64,000 bases of DNA from Myxococcota bacterium (lineage in GTDB: Bacteria; Myxococcota_A; UBA9160; JAFDDA01): contig OZ245817.1 in assembly GCA_965228475.1 (NCBI GenBank), positions 3,648,001 through 3,712,000 on the forward strand, read 5' to 3'. Below, piece by piece: positions 48,577 through 57,176 of the stretch. The stretch's first letter is position 1; each line of letters starts with the position of its first letter. The notes under the pieces are model-generated. The model was not told the DNA's origin and ran no database searches. It saw nothing but the letters and a program-made list of their open reading frames with translations. A program made the translations under genes and the position numbers.

Positions 48577-49532
48577 GCGGAGACGGGCCATCGGGCCCGG
48601 GCTGCGCTGCGCCGGTGGCCGGCCGCGCCGCCGAGCTCGAGCCGAAGCGCCTGGAGGCGCATGCTGAAGACGTGGAGGTCGTGCTCGCGCGTGAAACCCA
48701 TCGCACCGCAGAACTGGTGCGTCTCGTCGAAGACGGCCTTCGCCGTTTCGCTCGCGTAGGCGGCGGCGACCGCGGCGGCCTCCGCGGCCCGAGCGCCCGT
48801 CGCATCCGCGGCTTCGAGGGCCAGCCAGCGGGTCCCTTCGACGCGGACCGCCAGATGGGCGAGGCGATGCTGCAGGCCCTGGAAGGAACCGAGCGCACGC
48901 CCGAACTGCCGGCGCTGCTTCACGTGCTCGAGCGTCGCATCGAGTGCGCCCCGGGCGCTCCCCGCGACTTCGCACGCCAATGCGACCCGCCACCAGCGCA
49001 GCAGCGCCCCGCTCTCGCCCGCGAGCCCTTCGGACTCTGCGTGGATCTCCGATGAGACCATGCCGAAGGGATACCCGAAGCTCGAACGCACCGGCTCGAC
49101 GCTGCCCGGCCGGATCGTCGCGATCCGCATCGCCTCCTCGGAAGCGAACAGCACCTGCCGGGCATGGGCGGCGAAGCGGACCGGCCTGCCGGACCCGGCT
49201 TCGGGCCGCCATGCCAGGGCGACGGGCCCGGAGGCTTCGCGGCCGCCGAGCCCGCCTGCCTCCCGGACTCCGGGGATCACGAGTGTCGCGGCTCCGATCG
49301 CCGCGACCCCTGCCGCACGCGCCACCGCCTCCGTGAGCAGCGCGGCCTCGAGCGCACCGGACTCGGCGAAGAGTCCGAGAAAGCCGGCTTCCTCGAGCGC
49401 GGCCTCGAGCTCCGCGTCGTACCCGCCCTTGGCCGCGAGCTCGATGGCGCGCGCCGGCCCCGCATGGCGCTCGAGGAGCTGCCCGACGGCGTCGAGGACC
49501 GATCGCTGGTCTTCGTCGAGTTCGAAGTCCAC
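48573..49532 (-). CDS. Short acyl-CoA dehydrogenase (probable partner subunit)
   Basis: RRQFGRALGSFQGLQHRLA, HQFCGAMGFTREHDLH; 319 aa. Confidence 0.9.
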   Translation of the reverse strand: MDFELDEDQRSVLDAVGQLLERHAGPARAIELAAKGGYDAELEAALEEAGFLGLFAESGALEAALLTEAVARAAGVAAIGAATLVIPGVREAGGLGGREASGPVALAWRPEAGSGRPVRFAAHARQVLFASEEAMRIATIRPGSVEPVRSSFGYPFGMVSSEIHAESEGLAGESGALLRWWRVALACEVAGSARGALDATLEHVKQRRQFGRALGSFQGLQHRLAHLAVRVEGTRWLALEAADATGARAAEAAAVAAAYASETAKAVFDETHQFCGAMGFTREHDLHVFSMRLQALRLELGGAAGHRRSAARARWPVSA

Positions 49533-49535
49533 GCC

Positions 49536-50681
49536 CTACTCCCGCGGCAGCTCGAGAAGATGACGCGCGATCAGGTTCAGCTGGACCTCGGTCGCCCCCA
49601 CCGCCACCCCGGCCGTCATCGCCCAGCGAAAGCGCGTGTCCGCGTAGCTCCCGTGGGCGAGCGCCTCCTCCCCGAAGACCTCGATGGCCAGCTCCGCCAC
49701 CGCCTGCTCGGCCGCCGTTCCGGCCACGCGGGCGACGTTGCTGTCGGCACTCGGGGGTGCACCGTGCGCGCGCTGATCGATCACGCGATAGGTCAGCACG
49801 CGCGCAGCCTCGCAGGCGGCGCGCGCCTGGCCGAGCTTCTCCTGGATCCGCGGGTCTTCGAGCTGGCCGCGAGCCCGCGCGCGCTCGGCGAGGTCGTCGA
49901 GGATCAGGGCGGCCCGGTGATAGCGCGCGGCACCGACGCGCTCGAACTGCAGGGCATAGGAGACCACGTTCCAGCCTTCGTCCTCGGGCCCGAGCCGGCA
50001 GGAGACCGGGACCCGGACCGCATCGAAGAACACTTCGTGGAAGTAGCGGTCCCCCACGACCGAGGGGATCTCGCGCACCTCGATTCCCGGCAGGTCCATC
50101 GGGCAGAGCAGGACCGAGATACCCTTGTGGCGGCGCGAATCCGGATCCGTGCGGACCAGCAGGAAGCAGAAGCGCGCGTGGTTGGCGTAGGAGGTCCAGA
50201 TCTTCGAACCGTCGACCACGTAGTCGTCGCCGTCCCGGCGGGCGGCGGTCCGGAGCGCCGCGAGGTCGCTACCCGCTTCGGGCTCGGAGAAGCCCTGACA
50301 CCAGAGGACGTCGCCCGACGAGATCAGCGGCAGGTGTTCGGCCTTCTGCGCCTCGCTGCCGAACTTCATGATCGCGGGGCCGATCCAGTTGACGTTCATG
50401 TACTGGGGACCGCGCGGCTCCCCGTTGCCCCACATCTCCTCGCCCAGGATCGCGTGGCGCCACGGCGAAGCGTCGCTCCCGCCGAACTCCACGGGCCAGC
50501 TCTGGGTCAGCCAACCGCGGTTCGCGAGCTGCGCGCAGAAGCCCCGGGAGAACTCGGCCTGGTCGTCGCTGCCGGGGCCGCCCTTCGACAGCCGCTCCCA
50601 GTCCCCGGGCAGGGCCTCCGCGAGGAAGGCCTGGACCTCCCGGCGGTAGGATTCCTCTTCCGGCGACCAACCGAAGTGCAC
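49536..50681 (-). CDS. Acyl-CoA dehydrogenase
   Basis: WCQGFSEPEAGSDLAALRT, GSKIWTS, FHEVFFD, GATEVQLNLIA. Confidence 0.94.
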   Translation of the reverse strand: MHFGWSPEEESYRREVQAFLAEALPGDWERLSKGGPGSDDQAEFSRGFCAQLANRGWLTQSWPVEFGGSDASPWRHAILGEEMWGNGEPRGPQYMNVNWIGPAIMKFGSEAQKAEHLPLISSGDVLWCQGFSEPEAGSDLAALRTAARRDGDDYVVDGSKIWTSYANHARFCFLLVRTDPDSRRHKGISVLLCPMDLPGIEVREIPSVVGDRYFHEVFFDAVRVPVSCRLGPEDEGWNVVSYALQFERVGAARYHRAALILDDLAERARARGQLEDPRIQEKLGQARAACEAARVLTYRVIDQRAHGAPPSADSNVARVAGTAAEQAVAELAIEVFGEEALAHGSYADTRFRWAMTAGVAVGATEVQLNLIARHLLELPRE

Positions 50682-50774
50682 CGCCCTCCCTCCCTCGTTC
50701 CTCCGGATTTCGGATCGCGCGCGTGCCTGACCCGAAACAGGCTCCGGATGCCGCGGAAGACCATCCTACCATGA

Positions 50775-50791
50775 ACTGACGCACCGTCAGA
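50775..50791. promoter_or_regulatory. Palindromic operator copy 6 (ACTGAC-GCACC-GTCAGA)
   Basis: One mismatch; upstream of the ACAD operon, with a TAGGAT -10-like hexamer just downstream on the minus strand. Confidence 0.78.
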
Positions 50792-51040
50792 TTTCCGACC
50801 AGATCTCTCGACGCGGGCGCCCCTGCTCAAGGGCTGCCGCTCCCCTTCCGATTTTCTCCGCGCCGGCCGGTGCGCACGGCCCGGCAGGCGCCCGACGGCA
50901 CGCCAAGGATGGCCTCGTCGGGCGCCGACCTTCGGGTCTCGGCGGCTCGGGCCTTTCCAACGCAACCGTCCCGCCCGTCCCGCCGACTGCGGCCGCTTTC
51001 TCCGGCAGGCCACACGCAGGACTCAACCCCAAGCCCCTTC

Positions 51041-51082
51041 CGGACGAAGCGTTCTTCATGGCGGACGAAGCGTTCCCCATGG
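51041..51082. repeat. 21-bp tandem duplication CGGACGAAGCGTTC(TT/CC)CATGG x2
   Basis: Seen directly; creates alternative in-frame ATGs at 51058 and 51079. Confidence 0.6.
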
Positions 51083-51939
51083 CGAAGCGCGAAGCGCTCC
51101 GGAAATCGAAGCCCGGGCTCGCGCGGCGAGCGCGCGCGGGCGCGACCCTGTTCTTCGCGGGTGCGCCGCTGCTCGGGCTGCTCGGCTGCGTCCGGGTGCC
51201 CCCGCCGATCACGCTGCTGACCACGCCGGAGCCCCTCACGATCCGCACGCCGTACCCTGCCCTCCGGCTGCACGAAGCCCCGAGCCCGCGTGCCACCTTC
51301 ACCTGGGCGAACGGGGGCGACTACGACTTCTTCGGAACGCCGCCCGTCGGCGACCCGTGGAGCTACCGCATCGGCGGCTGGCAGGTTCGCCAGCAGGCCG
51401 CCCAGGGCTTCCTGCCGCTGCCCGCCCACCCGCGCCTTCCCCCCGTCGCGGCCGAACCGCTGATGCTGCGCGAGACGCCTCGGGCTTCCGGGGCGCTCGG
51501 CCGCCGCTACCGCAACTTCCTCCGCTTCGATGCCCCCTTCGCAGGGACGCAGCGCCAGCGCGCCGAGGCCGTGCTCGACTTCGTCCAGGGCGAGGCGCGC
51601 ACGCGCTTCGTCGAGGACGGGCCGATCGACCACTGGCCGACGCTCACCGAGATGCTCGCCGCGGAGGGCGACGACTGCGACGGCTTCGAATTGCTCGCGA
51701 ACCATGCGCTGCGCGAACTCGGCTTCGGCGACGCCTACGTCTACCGCGCGATCCTCCGGCGGCCGCGCTCCGGCGAGCATCACATGGTGACGCTGTGGTT
51801 CGAGGATCCGGACGACCCCTGGGTCCTCGACCCGACGGCGACCATCACGACCCGGCTCCAGCGGCTGTCGGAGCTGCGCGGATGGGAGCCCCTCAAGATG
51901 TTCACCGAGACGCGCAACTTCACGGTCGTCCCGCGCTAG
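51079..51939 (+). CDS. Transglutaminase-like cysteine proteinase (BTLCP/LapG-like), probable lipoprotein
   Basis: LLGLLGC lipobox-like; DHWPT...EGDDCDGF, HHMVT, WVLDP give a Cys-His-Asp triad; start at 51058 or 51079. Confidence 0.72.
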   Translation: MAKREALRKSKPGLARRARAGATLFFAGAPLLGLLGCVRVPPPITLLTTPEPLTIRTPYPALRLHEAPSPRATFTWANGGDYDFFGTPPVGDPWSYRIGGWQVRQQAAQGFLPLPAHPRLPPVAAEPLMLRETPRASGALGRRYRNFLRFDAPFAGTQRQRAEAVLDFVQGEARTRFVEDGPIDHWPTLTEMLAAEGDDCDGFELLANHALRELGFGDAYVYRAILRRPRSGEHHMVTLWFEDPDDPWVLDPTATITTRLQRLSELRGWEPLKMFTETRNFTVVPR

Positions 51940-52006
51940 ATCGCGGCCCGCGAGTCCGCCGACGCTCCCAACCCCCGCCCGTGTAGAATCCGGGCGAGGT
52001 CGCGTC

Positions 52007-53632
52007 ATGCCCTTCCCCGACTACGAGCCGGCCCTCCCGGCCTTCCTCGAACGTCTCGCCGCTCGCGGCGACCGGGAGCTGATCGTCCAGGACGATCGCC
52101 GCCTGACCTACGCCGAAGCCGAGCAGCGCTCCGCCCGGCTCGCGCGCGGCCTGCTCGGGCTCGGTGTGGGCAAGGGAAGCCACGTCGGGATCCTCTTCCC
52201 GAACGGGCCCGAGTGGGTGCTCGCCTTCCTGGCGACGTGCCGCATCGGTGCCGTCGCGGTCCCGATCAACACCTTCTACAAGGCGCGCGAGCTCGGCTGG
52301 ACCCTGCGCCACGCCGACGTGCACACGCTGCTCACGGCCGACGCGTTCCTCGGCAACGACTACCTCGCGCGGCTCGAGGAGGCGGCCCCCTCCCTCACAG
52401 GGGCTGCGAGCGCGAGCGAACCGCTGCGTGCGCCGGAGCTGCCCTTCCTGCGCAACGTGGCCGTGGCGGGCGACGGCGGGCGTCCCTTCGCGCACCGCTT
52501 CGAGGATCTCGAGGACCGACCCGGCGAGAGCGAAGCCCTGCTCAGCGAGGTGGAACGGGAGGTCTGCCCCGCGGACACGATGCTCCTGCTCTACAGCTCG
52601 GGCAGCACGGCCGCACCCAAGGGGGCGCTTCACACCCACGAGACCGTGCTTCGCCACTCCTTCAACCTGACGGCCCACCGCGACCTCAAGGAGAGCGACC
52701 GCGTCTGGTCGCCGATGCCGTTCTTCTGGGTCGGAGGTCTCGTCTTCGCCTTCCTCGGGAACCTCCAGGCCGGCGCGACGACGCTGTGCGAAGAGCGATT
52801 CGAGCCCGGCCAGACCCTGGCGTTCCTGGAACGGGAACGCGCGACCGTGGCCGTCGGCTGGCCACACTTCGGGCAGGCCCTCGCGAGCCACCCCGATGCC
52901 GCGACCCGCGACCTCTCGGCCCTCCGGGCCGGCAACGTGCCGGAGATCCTGCCTCCGGAACTCGTCCCCCTCGACCCGCGGCGGCGCAGCAACGCCCTCG
53001 GCATGACCGAGACGTGCGGGCCCCACACCTGGAGCGAGGGGCCGCTCCCCGAGGCGCTCGCGGGCTCCTTCGGACGCGCCGTTCCGGGCGTCGAGCACAA
53101 GGTGATCGACCCGGAGACCGGCGCGACCCTCCCGCCCGGCGAGTTCGGCGAGATCTGCATCCGCGGCTACAGCCTCATGCAGGGGCTCTACAAGATCCCA
53201 CGAAGCGAGACCTTCGAAGAGGACGGCTTCTACCGGACGGGCGACGGAGGCTCCTTCGACGAGAACGGCATCCTCTGGTTCCAGGCGCGCCTCGGCGACA
53301 TGATCAAGACCGGCGGCGCGAACGTCACACCGGCGGAGGTCGAGGGGGTGCTCGCGAGCGACCCGGAGGTTCGTGCGGCCTTCGTGGTCGGGCTTCCGGA
53401 TCCCGAGCGCGGCCAGAACGTCGCGGCGGCGGTCGTGCTGGAAACCGGTTTCGAGACGCCTGCCGCGGAGCTGAAGGCGCGCGTGAAGCGGGAGCTCTCC
53501 GCCTACAAGGTCCCTCGCCATCTCTGGGTCTTCGCGGACGGCACCCTGCCCTTCACCGACAGCGGGAAGATCGACAAGAAGCGGCTGACCGCCCTGCTCG
53601 AGGAGCGCGTCGCCGCGGGGGATATGGGCTAG
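52007..53632 (+). CDS. Acyl-CoA synthetase / AMP-binding enzyme
   Basis: YSSGSTAAPKG, GMTET, YRTGD, IKTGGANV, SGKIDK. Confidence 0.93.
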   Translation: MPFPDYEPALPAFLERLAARGDRELIVQDDRRLTYAEAEQRSARLARGLLGLGVGKGSHVGILFPNGPEWVLAFLATCRIGAVAVPINTFYKARELGWTLRHADVHTLLTADAFLGNDYLARLEEAAPSLTGAASASEPLRAPELPFLRNVAVAGDGGRPFAHRFEDLEDRPGESEALLSEVEREVCPADTMLLLYSSGSTAAPKGALHTHETVLRHSFNLTAHRDLKESDRVWSPMPFFWVGGLVFAFLGNLQAGATTLCEERFEPGQTLAFLERERATVAVGWPHFGQALASHPDAATRDLSALRAGNVPEILPPELVPLDPRRRSNALGMTETCGPHTWSEGPLPEALAGSFGRAVPGVEHKVIDPETGATLPPGEFGEICIRGYSLMQGLYKIPRSETFEEDGFYRTGDGGSFDENGILWFQARLGDMIKTGGANVTPAEVEGVLASDPEVRAAFVVGLPDPERGQNVAAAVVLETGFETPAAELKARVKRELSAYKVPRHLWVFADGTLPFTDSGKIDKKRLTALLEERVAAGDMG

Positions 53633-53853
53633 TCCGGGTCGACTTCCTGGCCGGCCTCGTCGAAGAGGCGGATCGCCAGCGCCGGGCAGGCGCGCGCGAC
53701 CGCGCGCTTTCGTTCGTCGGAGAGGGCCGCCGCGCCGTCGATGGCTTCGACGAGGTGGTCCGCATCGAGCCGGAACGCCTCGGGCGCCTCCTTGGCACAG
53801 TGCCCCGAGCTCTGACAGCTCTCGCGGTCCGCCTCGACGCGCAGCCCGGCCAC
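53629..53853 (-). CDS. Small ferredoxin (3Fe-4S type)
   Basis: VEADRESCQSSGHC...ARACPALAI; 74 aa. Confidence 0.88.
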   Translation of the reverse strand: MAGLRVEADRESCQSSGHCAKEAPEAFRLDADHLVEAIDGAAALSDERKRAVARACPALAIRLFDEAGQEVDPD

Positions 53854-53858
53854 GGCCG

Positions 53859-54719
53859 CTACCCCTCGCCCAGCGCGAAGCGCGCGAGGACTTCGCGGAA
53901 ACCTTCGGGGTTGTCGACCATGACCGAGTGCCCGGCCCGCGCGACGATGGCGAGCTCGCCCTTCGGGAGCTTCTCCTCCATCCGGTCGGCCACCTCCGGC
54001 GAGAGCACGTCGCTCGCGGCGCCGCGCACCACCAGGGCCGGGCACGGCACCCGCCCGAGCGCGTCCCAGAGCGCCTCGGTCTCTTCGCGCGCGTAGCGCT
54101 CGGCGTCCTCGGGGCTTCGACTCTCGCGCAGGGCCTTCATGTCGAGCCGGAGCTTCATCTCGAAGCGGCCGTCCGGGCGCTCCCGAAGCTCGTGGCGCGC
54201 CATGCGCGCGACCGCTTCGGCCTTCGCCGCGGGATAGTTGCGTGCGAGCAGGCGCTCGTACTCGTCGACCGATTCGAAGACCGGCTCCTGGCGCACGGCC
54301 TCGGTCGTGATGCGGGAGACGCCGCGCTCGTCGAGTTCGGGCCCGGCATCGACCACGATGAGCCCCGCCAGGCGATCGGGGTTGCGCCCGGCGAAGCGCA
54401 TCGAGACGCGGCCGCCCATCGAGTGCCCGCACAGCACGAGACGTTCGATGCCGAGGCTCTCGCAGACCGCTTCGACATCCCGGGCCATCGTCTCGTGGTC
54501 GTAGCCGCCGTCGGGATCGGCCTCCGACTCCCCGTGCCCGCGTTGGTCGAGGGCCAGCACGCGGTAGTGCTCGGCGAGCATCGGCGCGACGTCGTCCCAG
54601 ATGTGCGCCTCGTTCGAGAAACCGTGCAGGAAGAGAAAGGGCACGCCCTCCTCGCTCCACTCGAGGAGGCGCAACGAAAGACCGTCGGCGCCGGGCACGT
54701 TTCGGGAGGTGGGTTGCAT
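53859..54719 (-). CDS. Alpha/beta fold hydrolase
   Basis: LHGF, DQRGHGES, nucleophile elbow GHSMGG, AGHSV. Confidence 0.92.
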   Translation of the reverse strand: MQPTSRNVPGADGLSLRLLEWSEEGVPFLFLHGFSNEAHIWDDVAPMLAEHYRVLALDQRGHGESEADPDGGYDHETMARDVEAVCESLGIERLVLCGHSMGGRVSMRFAGRNPDRLAGLIVVDAGPELDERGVSRITTEAVRQEPVFESVDEYERLLARNYPAAKAEAVARMARHELRERPDGRFEMKLRLDMKALRESRSPEDAERYAREETEALWDALGRVPCPALVVRGAASDVLSPEVADRMEEKLPKGELAIVARAGHSVMVDNPEGFREVLARFALGEG

Positions 54720-54808
54720 GTCGGTTTCCGATCGCACCAAGGGTTCGGCCGGATTCAAGCACGAAGCGTCCCTTCTGGAAAGCGAGAGGTTCGCTTAGAC
54801 TGGCCGCG

Positions 54809-55075
54809 ATGTCCGACTCCGAACGAGACCTCCCGGTCGCGAAGCCGACCGCCGAAGCCCGTGCGGCCGCATGGCTGCGCGAGGTCGATGGCCGGCTGAT
54901 GCGCAAGCGCGAAGATCCGGACGGTCCCGAGGGCTGGGTCGCCATCGTGAAGACGCCCGCCGCCACGGCGAAGCGCTCCCAGGTGATTCTCGGCTTCGGC
55001 GATTCCCCCGTGGCTGCCGTGTCGACGGCGCGCGAAGCCTGGATCACGGCCTCACAGACGCGGACGGTCCACTAG
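54809..55075 (+). CDS. Small hypothetical protein, weak HicB-like resemblance
   Basis: 88-aa ORF filling the gap; GWVAIV...GFGDSPVAAVSTAREAW. Confidence 0.55.
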   Translation: MSDSERDLPVAKPTAEARAAAWLREVDGRLMRKREDPDGPEGWVAIVKTPAATAKRSQVILGFGDSPVAAVSTAREAWITASQTRTVH

Positions 55076-55677
55076 CCAGCGACGCCGCGCGAGGCGTTTC
55101 CCGAGAGCCGGACCCGATGGAGCGACGGGTCGGCGCAGGCCTGCATCGCCTCGAGATCGAGCCCGCCGCCGAGGAACGCCGCGATGCGCTCGCACGCCGC
55201 GCGAGGCGCGTGGACGAGCTCCCGGTGCTCGAGGTCGAGACACGCGACGTCGAGGCGCCCCTCTAGCTGCGCCCGCGTCTCCACGGCCTGGTGCGAGAGG
55301 ATCGCCGCGACGCGCTCGTCCGAGAGGCCGTCCTCGGCGGGCGTGCCGAGCCTCGCGAGCAGTTCGGCCTGGGAGCGGACCGTCTCGAGCGGGTCTCGCC
55401 GCAGCCACAGGACCCGGTATAGAGGGCCCTCGGGCAGGTGCCGCACGGGCGGATGGACGACCTTCACGCAGCGTCCCGGCGCATCGGCGAGCCAGGCCGC
55501 GTCGCTCGGCAGACGCTTCACCGCTTCGAGTTCGAAATACCCGCGAGGGTTTCCGTCGTCGGCGGGCCGCTCCCCATCGGTGAGCGGCTCGATGCCCCCG
55601 GCGGCGAGCATCTGCATGAGCAACGAAGTGCCCGAGCGCGGAAGTCCCGAGACGACGGTGACGAAGGGGTGCGACAC
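55072..55677 (-). CDS. Sulfotransferase family protein
   Basis: PAPS-binding SGLPRSGTSLLMQML, NPRGYFE, RRDP. Confidence 0.88.
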   Translation of the reverse strand: MSHPFVTVVSGLPRSGTSLLMQMLAAGGIEPLTDGERPADDGNPRGYFELEAVKRLPSDAAWLADAPGRCVKVVHPPVRHLPEGPLYRVLWLRRDPLETVRSQAELLARLGTPAEDGLSDERVAAILSHQAVETRAQLEGRLDVACLDLEHRELVHAPRAACERIAAFLGGGLDLEAMQACADPSLHRVRLSGNASRGVAG

Positions 55678-55724
55678 GCGGCGAGCCTAGCCCGCGCGGC
55701 CGCGGCGGTCGGCCCCGCGCTTGC

Positions 55725-56468
55725 CTAGCGGACGAGGCGGAGGACGATGCCCGGGCGGACCGCCTGGGTGCGCGCGGCCGAGCCGGCGTCGTCGACGACC
55801 TGCTCGCGCAGTGCCGAGGCGTTGGCGAGGGCGCCGGATACCTCCCCGGGCGAGGCGTGGGCGGCCGCCACGTTCTCCCGGGCAACGCTCGTCTGGGCGA
55901 TCTCGGCCTCGAGCGCCCTTCCCCGATCGGCCAGCTCCTCGCGGAGCCGGTCGACGGCTTCGAGGGCGGTGTCGATGCGTTCGACGGCGTCCGGCGCCTC
56001 CGGGTCGAGCGCGTCCACGCCGAGCGCCTCGGCCGACGCGTCGGCCAGCGCGCCACGGCCCGCGAGAAGGGGCTGACCCACGTAGTCGGCGTTCTCGGCG
56101 ACCCGCGTCACTTCGAGGGCGAGCGCCGAGAGCTTGCCGTGGCGGTCCCGCGCTGCCGCGGAACGTGCGCCCTCGGAAGCCAGCGCGCGCATTTCCCGCA
56201 GGGCCGAGAGCGTTTCCGAGAGCGCACTCCGGGCCACGCGCAGCCCGCTGGCGTCGCGTTCGAGCGCGTCCGCCTGCCGCAGCGCCATTTCATCGACGAC
56301 GGCCAGCCAGCGTTCGAGCGCGACGCGATCGCCCTCGGGTGAGCGGGCGCCTCTCGCGACGGCACCCCCCGCGACGAGCCTCGCCAGGGCGCTCCCGAAG
56401 GACGGGTTCCGACGATGCTGGCGCAGCGGGATCACGTTCCCGATCCTGCGTTTCGTGTCCTGTCCCAC
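55725..56468 (-). CDS. Divergent flagellin-like protein (D0/D1 only)
   Basis: SGLRVARSALSETLSALREMRALA...EVTRVAENADYVGQPLLAG and AVERIDTALEAVDRLREELA...ENVAAA...QAVRPGIVLRLVR follow the flagellin N- and C-terminal helical patterns; GTG start after GGAG. Confidence 0.72.
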   Translation of the reverse strand: MGQDTKRRIGNVIPLRQHRRNPSFGSALARLVAGGAVARGARSPEGDRVALERWLAVVDEMALRQADALERDASGLRVARSALSETLSALREMRALASEGARSAAARDRHGKLSALALEVTRVAENADYVGQPLLAGRGALADASAEALGVDALDPEAPDAVERIDTALEAVDRLREELADRGRALEAEIAQTSVARENVAAAHASPGEVSGALANASALREQVVDDAGSAARTQAVRPGIVLRLVR

Positions 56469-56657
56469 GGCGACTCCCGCGCCCGAGAGCACCCTCCGCC
56501 GCTCTCCTGGAAGACATCGCCCGCTGCGCGCAGCGAGCGAGGGGGGAAGAACCCAGAACCGGCGGCCCGCGCGTGACGCGAGAGCAGGCCGCGCGCAGCG
56601 GATCGGCGCCCGGCGTGATGGCGGCCGAAACCGGCTCCGCGCCGTCGGAGGCGGACG

Positions 56658-57176
56658 TTGAGCGCCGACACGCGGCCGCTCGCGCGTCGCGCCCTCGACG
56701 CCGCGACGCGCGCCGTCCTGCGCATCGGCTTCTCCCTGCTGAAGCGCTGGTGGTGGCTGACCCATCCGACGATCGAAGGCGTCTACGTCGCCGTGCGGCG
56801 CGGCGACGACGTGCTCGTGATCCGCAACTCCTACCGGGCGGCGTACTCGTTCCCCTCGGGAAGGCGCGGCCGCAAGGAAGATCCGGCCCGGGCAGCGGCA
56901 CGCGAGCTCCGAGAGGAGGTCGGGATCGACGTTCCGCCGGAAGCGCTGCACGAGGTGGCCGAGGTGAAGCTCGAGACGAAGCTCGTCGACGATCACGTCC
57001 ACTTCTTCGAACTGCGGCTCACCGAGCCGCCGGCGATCCGGATCGACCGCCGCGAGGTCGTCTGGGCCGAGTTCGAGCCGCTCGCGAAGGCCCGCTCGCG
57101 CGAACTCCTCCCCCTGGTGCGGCGTTACGTCGAGGGCACCCTCGACGAGATCCGCGTCACGCCGGCGGGACGGTGA
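56658..57176 (+). CDS. NUDIX hydrolase
   Basis: FPSGRRGRKEDPARAAARELREEVGI. Confidence 0.88.
   Translation: MSADTRPLARRALDAATRAVLRIGFSLLKRWWWLTHPTIEGVYVAVRRGDDVLVIRNSYRAAYSFPSGRRGRKEDPARAAARELREEVGIDVPPEALHEVAEVKLETKLVDDHVHFFELRLTEPPAIRIDRREVVWAEFEPLAKARSRELLPLVRRYVEGTLDEIRVTPAGR

Noticed and set aside
56469..56657. Possible sigma28 promoter or CsrA sites upstream of the flagellin-like gene
   Set aside because: GCCGAT is present without a correctly spaced -35; the GGA-containing hairpin is too weak to call in GC-rich DNA.
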